Shown here: piece after piece, positions 46,901 to 55,400 of the stretch | Layout: each line of letters begins with the position of its first letter | Position numbering within the stretch: the stretch's first letter is position 1 | Source of the DNA: a candidate division WOR-3 bacterium | Lineage (GTDB): Bacteria > Hydrothermota > Tepidihabitantia > Tepidihabitantales > Tepidihabitantaceae | Assembly: GCA_965649295.1 (NCBI GenBank) | Contig: CBFGKH010000007.1 | Coordinates: 75,464-139,463 of the forward strand | Reading direction: 5' to 3' | Length of the DNA stretch: 64,000 nucleotides | Notes under the pieces: model-generated | Seen by the model: the letters and a program-made list of their open reading frames with translations, nothing else | The model's database searches: none | Told to the model about the DNA's origin: nothing | Program-made: the position numbers and the translations under genes

Positions 46901-49900
46901 TACCATCTGTCAGCGAGTCAACGCCGCCACAACTTTCACGGTAAGCGGTAACTGCCAGAACAGCGGTTTCTTTGACAACCGCGGCTCCCAGCTTGCGCTG
47001 ACGGTCGGTGGTGACTTCACCAATACCGGCATCTACCGCGACTCGGCTCAGTGTGTGCTGACGGTTGGCGGGCACCTCAATAACGGGCCGACTGGCGTGA
47101 TTGACAAGTATCCAACGTCGCTGGGTACATACTGGCACCGCCGTAACTTCAACGGCAGCGTAACGAACCAGAACTCGACGCCGGGCGCGTTTGACCTGAC
47201 CTGGGCTTATGTCTATTTCGGCGGTAACAACCCGGGAACAGTAACAAGCGTGACCGAGCTGGTCTGTGACTCGGTTCGCGTAGAGAAAGGCGATGCAGCC
47301 ACAACTCTGACGTTCAACAACACCGGGCTGCGGATTCCAGTGAACAACCTGACCATCGCCCGGGGTACGATGATAATGAACGGTGGCAGTCTCTGGGTGG
47401 ACAACTCCGGCGCGAACGTCGGCCGTGTACAGGGTCTGCAAGGTGCCGGGTTGACAATGCAGGGCCGGCTGCAGATTCAAGGAGGCTGCCAGGCCGACAT
47501 CCGCTGGCTCGATCAGAAGAACTTAACCGGTGTGAGCCGGTTCGTCGTTGATGGGGCCGGAACGGTCGTCAACATAGACAGCATCCATGAGTTGAATGCT
47601 CTTTCGCCTTTGCCAGCACCGGTCTGCAGTATTCTCGGTGGTGCAGTGCACTACAAGGGTTCCGGTACCGTCGCCAATAGTTCACTCTACATCATTCAGA
47701 ACGGAACCGAAGGCGGTGGCTGGTATGCGACCGGTGGCGATGTTTACTTCTACGGCAACATCTACTGTACCGGTCCGACTAACTTTGTCGCTGGGTCAGG
47801 AGCAGCGCTTCACTTTGTTGGCAACAAGAGTTCGACCGTCACCATGACGACGGGGCCGATTATCGGTGTCACAAACTGGAGTCTTGGCACGTTGCTGGTC
47901 GAGAAACAATCTCCCCAGAATCTCTTTTTGACCTCAACTGCCTCGCTTGGTGACAACTATGTGCAGACAGCGGATGTTTATGTCATATTCGGTGCAACGC
48001 TGAGTCTTGGCGGCACATTCTCGTCTTCAGCCTATGGTTACCGGATCAATGGCAGCATCCAGAACGACGGGGTCATATCCATCGGTGGGACTCCGAACTA
48101 TGGCATCTACGTCAGCGGCAACTGGATCGGCATCGGCTCTTATACGCACGGCCAGCGGCCGGTAACTTTTGATGGCCCGGGCAATGCTACCCTGAACGTC
48201 GGAGCAAGTTCGCCGTTCTACAATCTGACCGTGACTAAGCCAAGTGGCAGTCTTACGCTTGGTTCGAACCTGCAGGTTCATAATCAACTCCAGGTGACCA
48301 ATGGCACCCTGAACCTGGCCAGCAAGACGCTGACATTGGGCACCAATAGTGCTGCGGGCCAGGTTGTTGTTAGTGGCGCAAACAGTATCTTTTCGGCAGT
48401 CGGTCAGCCAGGCGCAACGATCACAGCGCAGAGCGCTTCCTACCCTTACGCTTTCAGTGTTCAGAGTGGTGGCCGGATTGCTGCGAGCTACGCGACTTTC
48501 AACCGGATGAATGCGAATGGTATCAACATTCCGGGTGGAGCTTTTGTTGACCCGCCCTATTTCCAAAACTGCACTTTCCAGAACGGTGCGGCGGCGCCGA
48601 GCGCGATGCTGACCATCGAGAACAACCAGACTCTCGACAACATGCGCTATCTCAACTTCGATGGCAGCGGTGACAAGAATATCCGCAAAACCCTGAACCA
48701 GGGCTATATTCGGGTGCGCGGCGGTTCGGGTTTGCGCTGGGGTGAGTCCTATGAACAGGATCCGAACAACCTGATTGACTGGGGCGGCGAGCACGACGTG
48801 CGTGTCTCTCACATCATCGTACCGGCCGGCTCGCTCGATTCCGGAGTCTTGATTGCACCGCGTTGCTCGGTTGAGAACCTTGGACTGGTGACCGAGCCGT
48901 CCTACCAGGTGCGGATGAAGATCGGTTCGTTCTACGATGAGATGGTAACGGTGACGAACCACGAGGCGGACACAAGGCAGGAAGTCGTGTTCCCGGCGCG
49001 GTCAGACTGGCCGCGTGGCTTTGGGTACGCGGTTAGCTGCTCGACTCGACTGACCGGCGACCAGTTCCCGAGTAACGACCGGATGACCGGTACAGTTGAT
49101 GTTCACGTCCATGATGCAGCGGCTGAGGCGTTCGGACTACCGGCCAACGGCGGCTCAATACTGCCCGGCACGGTTCTCAATCCGACCGGCGTAGTCCGAA
49201 ACACCAGCTTCAGCAACGTGCCGACCGACATTCCAGCGACGCTGGTGTTTGGAACCGGACCGACGCCTTACAGCGGCTCTGGTACGGCAACCAATGTTGC
49301 GGTTGGCGCGACTGCGACAGTGAACTTCGAGGCAACACCACCGTTGGCAGCCGGCTATTACACGATGACCTTGAGCACTGCTCACGTTCCGGATGTCGTG
49401 CCCGAAAACAACACGCTCAGCGGTGAGTTTTTGGTGATGGCGGCGGCGAGTGGCCTCAGTCCGGACAATGACTCGTTCAACTACCGCAATATCGCACTTT
49501 CCTGGAGTCCGGTTGCGCAGGCTGACTCATATCGGGTTGAAGTTGACAACAACAGCGACTTCGCCTCGCCGGAGTTCGTTGCCAGCGGCATCACAAGTAC
49601 GGGTGTGACGACCAGCGCGCTCCTCGACGGCCACTACTACTGGCGGGTCTGTGGTGTCGGTCACAATATCCTTGGGCCGTGGGCCAGCAGCCAGTTTGAC
49701 CTTGATGCGACGCCACCGGTAGCGCCAACGCTTGTTCAGCCGGCGCCCGGCGCAACGAATGTCAGTCGAATTCCGACGTTCGAGTGGACGGAGGTGACGT
49801 TCAAGTCCAAGGACCGGCTGGCAACGACCCAGCCATTGGGTACCGATCTTGTCGTGCACTACGACCTGACCCTGGCGCGCGATCCGGCATTCAGCGACAT

Positions 49901-52217
49901 CGTGTTCAGCGTTCAGACCAGCGGACTTACTTATGTTTGCCCGGTGCAGCTTGATTACGCAACCGATTATTGGTGGCGGGTGCGCGGCACCGACAACTTT
50001 GGTAACATCGGAGCTTGGGGTAGTGGCAACTTCCGCACCATCGGCACGGCAGCGCCGGTACTGGTCGAGCCAGTCCCGAACGCTCGACTGAACGACGCGA
50101 CACCTTACTTTGACTGGCTGCCAGCAGTTGATGCAGACTACTACCAGTTGCAGGTTTCACTCTATCCCGACTTCCATGAGACCTCGATTGACATCGAAAC
50201 CGATGCGACCGACTTCACGCCGGTTGCAGCACTGGGTGACGGCCACTACTACTGGCACGTTCGTTCTTCGGCCAATGGCGGCGTCTCCTACGGCGACTGG
50301 TCGGCGACGCGCGAGTTTGACCTCGATGCCACGCCACCGGCAGCACCGGCTCTCATCTATCCGGGCAACAACGCGACGAACATCCCAGTCTGGCTGACCT
50401 TTGACTGGAGTGATGTCTCGCTACTAGGCAAGAGCAAGCCAGCCGGCAATCAGGGACAGCAGGACGTCATTGACTACTACGATATCCAGCTTGCCACTGA
50501 CCGGAACTTCACGAATCTCGTGTTCAGCACCTCGATTCCGACCTCGCAGTACACGCCGGTCAATCCGCTGCAGTATTCGACTCGCTACTGGTGGCGGGTG
50601 CGCGGGATTGATGACTTCGAGAACGTCGGTCAGTGGGCGCGGGATTCATTCACGACCACGGTGACGGTGCCGGGAGCGCCGGTACTCATCTCGCCGACAA
50701 ACGGAGCTAACTACGTGGCGGTGAACGGCAACCTGGTCTGGTATTCGGCAGTCGGTGCAGCCGAATATGACATCTATCTCGACGTCGTCAATCCGCCGGT
50801 CCGCCTCCTGGCCGAGCATGTAACCGACACGACCGTTGCCTACGCGGACCTGCCGCCAGGCACGCTTCATTACTGGCGCGTGGTAGCACGCAACCCGGGC
50901 GGCACGACGCCGTCCGAAGTCTGGTCATTTACGACCGGGGCGGCCCTGCCGCCCGGTTGGACTGCGCGTCGTGATACGCTGACCGGTACGGCGGTGAAGG
51001 ACGGCGGTGGCTTGGTTTGCGACCCCGATGGACGGCAGCTCTACGCCCTCAAGGGTAATAAGACCTTTGAGTTCTGGCGCTACACGCCGGCAGAATCAAC
51101 CTGGACAACGATGCCGCTGGTGCCGCCGGGGCCGAACCTAAAGCAGGTTTCGAAGGGCGCAGCGATTACCTACGGCAACGGCTATGTCTATGTGATGAAG
51201 GGCAACGGCACGACCGAGTTCTACCGTTTCAACACGACGACGAGAGACTGGGAGTCTGCCCTGCGCAGTATCCCGCTGGAGCCGACGCAGCGGATGACCA
51301 AGGGCAAGCCGGTCAAAGCTGGCGGCGGCCTGGCCTATGTCAACAAACAGGATACCGCTGAGTATGTGTATGTGCTCAAGGGCACCAGCACCGAGTTCTA
51401 CAAATACGACATCGTTCGCGACACGTTCTACACGCTTGACGCCGCGCCCTACAATACCAAGGCGAAGTATGACAAGGGTTCCTGGATTGTCTATGACGGC
51501 AGCCGCTACATCTACGCGATGCAGGCGAAGTACAACGCCCTGTTCCGTTACGATGTTGTAGGCGAGCAGTGGGTGACAACGCCGGCACTCTCGCAGATGC
51601 CGTTTGTCGGCCGTTCGCGCAAGTCGAAGAAGGTTGGCGACGGTTCGGCTGCGACCTGGGACGGTCGGGCCATCTACGCGTTCAAGGGTAACAACACGCA
51701 GGAGTTCTGGACTTATCGGCCTGGGGCTGACGGCGATACCTGGGTTGAGCTGGAGACGATTCCGCAGGCATACGCGGAGGGCAAGAAGAAGAAGGTCAAG
51801 GCCGGAGCGGCACTGGCCTTCTACCCAGAGACCGGAGTCATCTATGCCCTGAAGGGCAACAAGTCGAACCAGTTCTGGGTCTATACTCCGAGCGCAACGC
51901 TCGCCTGGACACCACGGCCGAGCCGCGAAGGCGTGAGCGTCGAAGCCACCAGCCAAAACTCGCGATCGGCGCTGGCGATAGTTCCGAATCCGCTGACTGG
52001 CAACCAGGCAGTAGTCCGTTACAGCCTGTCGCGGCCGGGAATGGTCAGCCTGAGCGTCTGTGATGTCACTGGTCGAGTGGTGATGACGCGAGCATTTGCG
52101 GCTGGCCGGACCGGCGCGCAGAACTTGGACCTGCGTGAGCTTGCTGCCGGAGTGTATCTGGTCAAGCTCGACGCGGACGGGTTCAGTTCGAGCCAGAAGC
52201 TCGTGGTCGAACGTTAG
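43968..52217 (+). CDS. giant (about 2749 aa) secreted T9SS cargo protein: degenerate beta-helix-like repeat region, CARDB/FN3-like domains, Kelch-like propeller, T9SS CTD
   Basis: Start at MLRQFHSARIALAVVLLLGAAVPAWA (GGGAGGT RBS); the ORF track starts at 43944. About 1500 aa of N/T/G-rich LTNN / VNN repeats. C-terminal ~430 aa are paralogous to the C-terminus of the 10792..15057 gene, including the T9SS CTD. Confidence 0.8.
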   Translation: MLRQFHSARIALAVVLLLGAAVPAWAITVTSTGSGNWGAAIWTPSPPAFGDDVIIAAGHTVTLNVNPPDLGSLTVNGTLQRPSDASNYQLYVLGNITVAVGGSINFSAGTGVVTVTCDGSVTNNSASASALNLTRCPLTVGGTLNNNAGTITTTTGNVTVTGLYTNASGATHNHTGAGVVQFNGGFTNSGIYAHSGTGALTIGGTGLNNAVAGASFTCAAASLTINGGLQNSANTCTYSAAGPFNITGNVTNSGTFTISGAANVTVDPNFTNTGTVNFSYNPGAAASCSLYVVGDLNNNAGSFTLNHHGLRVGGNLTNGGTFTKAGTNNFIRPMRVLGKLVNNSKFYVTTTSTIYNLYVGDTLRNEDSINVAGATTRNDTVGSLVNNKSIVYGAQGLVVWREAGEANFANSVATSRFNRTGNGLTEVKDNHTNAGLDTIQGTGAFTVGGVLNNSGRFRATNTGAYTADVNAGQLINSNSFVLAGTHGLNVTGNVTNAGTFSRSAGTNARPIRVGGDWSNAGGSSLYVLATNTASRFVVLGTLTNNADTMHITGAGSTYYDTIGTLVNNRVLNYVAANLQVNNNFTNGTGTAGRFRHTGGGAIRVTGNLTNNDTLLFTATSGRLVVLGTRTNNDYDTLVGANNRWDTAGTLVNNGRIVYNFQQLQVLDGGFTNNAGCTYLRLGGTNTTNMTRVDGDLTNHGDLLFRSAAGGRFVVLGTFTNSATGYDSMVGAGQWDTVGVLVNNNRIVYGNQWLQVLTSFTNAGVYQRLATTNLTRVGDAAQGTGDVLNNGKLLFNINAGRFCAFGTVTNNDSIYVNGVTTSTDTFGNLINNKNLIYTNQSIWVRGDFTNNAPDGVHKRTAPAAATMLVEGNLTNHRILDLSNMTSWLRVRGTLTNNDSLCHTANVTDSVTTRFVNGPSARAWLPLANLWTGPNGDMENHGLFWKNTGSVIVGDTYINTGIDSIRGSTTRNVGTLVNSGTICQRVNAATTFTVSGNCQNSGFFDNRGSQLALTVGGDFTNTGIYRDSAQCVLTVGGHLNNGPTGVIDKYPTSLGTYWHRRNFNGSVTNQNSTPGAFDLTWAYVYFGGNNPGTVTSVTELVCDSVRVEKGDAATTLTFNNTGLRIPVNNLTIARGTMIMNGGSLWVDNSGANVGRVQGLQGAGLTMQGRLQIQGGCQADIRWLDQKNLTGVSRFVVDGAGTVVNIDSIHELNALSPLPAPVCSILGGAVHYKGSGTVANSSLYIIQNGTEGGGWYATGGDVYFYGNIYCTGPTNFVAGSGAALHFVGNKSSTVTMTTGPIIGVTNWSLGTLLVEKQSPQNLFLTSTASLGDNYVQTADVYVIFGATLSLGGTFSSSAYGYRINGSIQNDGVISIGGTPNYGIYVSGNWIGIGSYTHGQRPVTFDGPGNATLNVGASSPFYNLTVTKPSGSLTLGSNLQVHNQLQVTNGTLNLASKTLTLGTNSAAGQVVVSGANSIFSAVGQPGATITAQSASYPYAFSVQSGGRIAASYATFNRMNANGINIPGGAFVDPPYFQNCTFQNGAAAPSAMLTIENNQTLDNMRYLNFDGSGDKNIRKTLNQGYIRVRGGSGLRWGESYEQDPNNLIDWGGEHDVRVSHIIVPAGSLDSGVLIAPRCSVENLGLVTEPSYQVRMKIGSFYDEMVTVTNHEADTRQEVVFPARSDWPRGFGYAVSCSTRLTGDQFPSNDRMTGTVDVHVHDAAAEAFGLPANGGSILPGTVLNPTGVVRNTSFSNVPTDIPATLVFGTGPTPYSGSGTATNVAVGATATVNFEATPPLAAGYYTMTLSTAHVPDVVPENNTLSGEFLVMAAASGLSPDNDSFNYRNIALSWSPVAQADSYRVEVDNNSDFASPEFVASGITSTGVTTSALLDGHYYWRVCGVGHNILGPWASSQFDLDATPPVAPTLVQPAPGATNVSRIPTFEWTEVTFKSKDRLATTQPLGTDLVVHYDLTLARDPAFSDIVFSVQTSGLTYVCPVQLDYATDYWWRVRGTDNFGNIGAWGSGNFRTIGTAAPVLVEPVPNARLNDATPYFDWLPAVDADYYQLQVSLYPDFHETSIDIETDATDFTPVAALGDGHYYWHVRSSANGGVSYGDWSATREFDLDATPPAAPALIYPGNNATNIPVWLTFDWSDVSLLGKSKPAGNQGQQDVIDYYDIQLATDRNFTNLVFSTSIPTSQYTPVNPLQYSTRYWWRVRGIDDFENVGQWARDSFTTTVTVPGAPVLISPTNGANYVAVNGNLVWYSAVGAAEYDIYLDVVNPPVRLLAEHVTDTTVAYADLPPGTLHYWRVVARNPGGTTPSEVWSFTTGAALPPGWTARRDTLTGTAVKDGGGLVCDPDGRQLYALKGNKTFEFWRYTPAESTWTTMPLVPPGPNLKQVSKGAAITYGNGYVYVMKGNGTTEFYRFNTTTRDWESALRSIPLEPTQRMTKGKPVKAGGGLAYVNKQDTAEYVYVLKGTSTEFYKYDIVRDTFYTLDAAPYNTKAKYDKGSWIVYDGSRYIYAMQAKYNALFRYDVVGEQWVTTPALSQMPFVGRSRKSKKVGDGSAATWDGRAIYAFKGNNTQEFWTYRPGADGDTWVELETIPQAYAEGKKKKVKAGAALAFYPETGVIYALKGNKSNQFWVYTPSATLAWTPRPSREGVSVEATSQNSRSALAIVPNPLTGNQAVVRYSLSRPGMVSLSVCDVTGRVVMTRAFAAGRTGAQNLDLRELAAGVYLVKLDADGFSSSQKLVVER

Positions 52218-52244
52218 TATCCGGCCGCTTGGGGGCGGCAAGCA

Positions 52245-52284
52245 AAGGGAGCGGCAGGCTGGTCTGCCGCTCCCTTTGACTTTG
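52245..52284 (+). terminator. rho-independent terminator after the 2749-aa gene
   Basis: 13-bp perfect stem aagggagcggcag / ctgccgctccctt with a 6-nt loop, followed by tgactttg. Confidence 0.6.
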
Positions 52285-52403
52285 GGCAGAGACTGGCTAA
52301 GATTAGCTGTTGAAACGGTGCCGTTGCTTGGACCGCAGCAGCCTCGTGAGCGGGTCTGGGCCGGTGCCGGAAGACTGGTGAAAAAGCCGAGCGCGAGGGT
52401 TAC

Positions 52404-55400
52404 ATGCGGAAATGTCTGTTGCTCTTGTCCATTGCGGCCTTGCCGCTGTTCGCCGAGTCCATCGCGACAACTGTACGTTTTGATATCAAGGAGCTGTCGC
52501 TGTCAGTAACTGACGGCGGCGATGTTGTTGAGTTAGCAGGTTATCCGGCACTGGTTCAGCCGGGAATGCCGCGTCTGCCACGGGTTGTGCAGACGGTGGT
52601 AATTCCGGCTGGTGCCGAGCCAACCGGTGTCGAGGTAACCGAAGTTGAGTGGCAGCCGGTACCGGGCCGGTTCAACGTCGTACCGGCCCAGCCCGATGTG
52701 CCGCTACCGATGCCGGGCAAGAGTTTTGCGTTGCCCAACGTGGCGCGAGATGCTGCTGTTTACAGTTCAACTGCTCCTTATCCGGCAGCGGTTGTTCGGT
52801 TGCTCGATGCCGGCACGATGAACGGGTATCGCCTCGCTCATGTTGAGCTGCGGCCGGTGCGCTATATTCCGGGAACTGGCGAGCTTCTGCTGGCGACGCG
52901 TATCAGCTACCAGCTGGAGTATGCCCGTTCGGCCGAAGTCGGAACTGTCCCAACGCAAGCACAACTGGAAGAGGCTGGCCGGCGGTTGCGGCAGCTTGTT
53001 GTCAACCCGGGTGATGTCAGTCGTTTCGCACCGCGGGTGTCTAGGTCTGCGCTCTCGACGCTACCACCGGGCAACTATCCTTATGTCATCATCTCGGCGC
53101 CGCCGGTTGACACCTGTTTTCAGCGCCTGGCTGATTGGAAGACGCGCAAAGGCGTGCCGGCAACTGTTGTTACGGTTTCTTATATTGCTGCTAACTACAC
53201 TGGCACTGATACGCAGACGAAGATTCGGAACTTCATCATTGATGCTTACCAGACGTGGGGCACGAACTACGTCCTCTTGGGTGGTTCGGGCGACCAGAAG
53301 AATTCGGGGCAGAACCTGGTGCCGGCGCGGCGCTGCTACTATACTGCATCAGGAGCGGGCTACTACAGCGACGAGGACATGATTCCCTGCGACCTCTATT
53401 ACGGCGGGCTTGACGGAACCTGGAACGCCGACGGCGATACTATCTGGGGCGAGCGGACCGATAACGCCGACATGTACGCCGACGTGCACGTCGGCCGGGC
53501 CTCGGTCTATACCGTGGCACAGGCCCAGAACTTCGTCAACAAGGTGCTGACCTATGAGCAGAACCCGCCGACGAACTATGTGCGCAAGATGCTCCTGCCG
53601 GCAGCGATTCTCTGGTCGAGCTACAACGAACGGCCGACGCAGGAGTCTATTGCCCGGATGACGCCGACTGAATGGCTTGATGCCAAGCTGTATGAGCGGA
53701 CGAGCACACTGTCGCGGACAAGAATGCGCGATTCGATGAACTCGGGTTTCGGCATGGGCCATTGGGTTGGTCATGGTGACGAGTATGGTATCTACATGGG
53801 CTCAAGCCCCTATCTCAACTCTAGCGATGCGCAGACCCTGACTAATGGTGACAAGATTGGCGTCCATGCTTCGATTGCCTGCTTTACCGGCGCCTGGGAC
53901 GAAGTTCCTTCGGGTGGTGATTGTTTTGCCGAGCACCTGATGAATCGGGTCGGCGGTGGCACCGCGGCAGTGCTGATGAACTCGCGTTATGGCTGGGGCG
54001 CGTATATTCCTGGCACTGGTTACGTATTCGGGCCGTCAGAGCGCCTGGACACGACCTTCTGCTCGGCGGTGCTCAATCAGAACAACTTCCGGGTTGGGCC
54101 GGCTCTCACCTATGCCAAGAGCTCATGGGTTCCTTATGCCGATTCGACCGGCCGTTACGATATGATGCGGTGGTGTATCTATGAGCTCAATATCTTTGGA
54201 GACCCGGAGCTGCCAATCTGGACCGACGAGCCAGCGACCCTGACGGTCGCGCATGCCGGGACGATTACAACCGGTATGAATCTGCCATATACCGTGACCG
54301 TTACCACGGGCGCAAGCGTGCCACTGGAGTCGGCCAGGGTCGTGCTCTGGAAGGGTAATGAGGTCTATGCGAGCGGTCTGACCAATGCCAGCGGACAGGT
54401 AATCTTGCTCGTGTCGCCGCAGACTGTCGGCACAATGCTTCTGACAGTTACGAAGCGCAATTATCGGCCTCATCTGGGGACAGTGAACGTGACAGCCGGA
54501 CCAACCTACGATGTCGGTTGTGCGACAATTCTCGTGCCGAGCGGCACGATTGACTCCGGCACAGTTGTGACGCCGGCGTGCACGGTGGCGAACTATGGCA
54601 CCGGCACAGCGAGCTACACGGTGCGGATGAAGATTGGCGCGGCCTACAATCAGACCGCGACCGTGACAAACCAGCCAGCCGGCGCCCGAACTTATGTCAC
54701 TTTCCCGGCTTGGACAGCAACTGGTCGGGGCAGCTTCAGCGTGAGCTGCTCCACCGAACTCGGCAGCGATGTGAACCAGGGCAATGACAAGCAGACCGGC
54801 AGCGTCATGCTGGCGGTGCGCGATGTCGGTTGCGCGGCGATTGTTGCGCCGAGCGGTACGATTGACTCCGGCACAGTTGTGACGCCGGCGTGCACGGTGG
54901 CGAACTATGGCACCGGCACAGCGAGCTACACGGTGCGGATGAAGATTGGCGCGGCTTACAATCAGGCCGCGACCGTGACAAACCAGCCAGCCGGCGCGCG
55001 GACCTACGTCACCTTCCCAGCCTGGACAGCGACTAGCCGGGGCAGCTTCAGTGTGAGCTGTTCGACTGAACTGGCGGGTGACGGTGTGGCTAGCAATGAC
55101 AAACAGACCGGCACTGTGACGGTGGTAGTGCGCGATATCGAAGTCATGGCGATTCTAGCACCAACCGGCACGGTTGATTCGGGCACGGTGATTACACCGC
55201 AAGCGACAGTCCGGAACAACGGTACTGCTGCGGCAACGTTCACGGTGCAACTGACGATAGCCGGCGGCTCGTATTCGAACACGCAGACCGTGACCAATCT
55301 GGCTGCGGGCGCGGCTCAGACGGTGACATTTGCGAACTGGACAGCGTTGCCGCGAGGCGGGCCGTATGCGGTGAACTGTGTGGCGGTGCTGACCGGCGAC

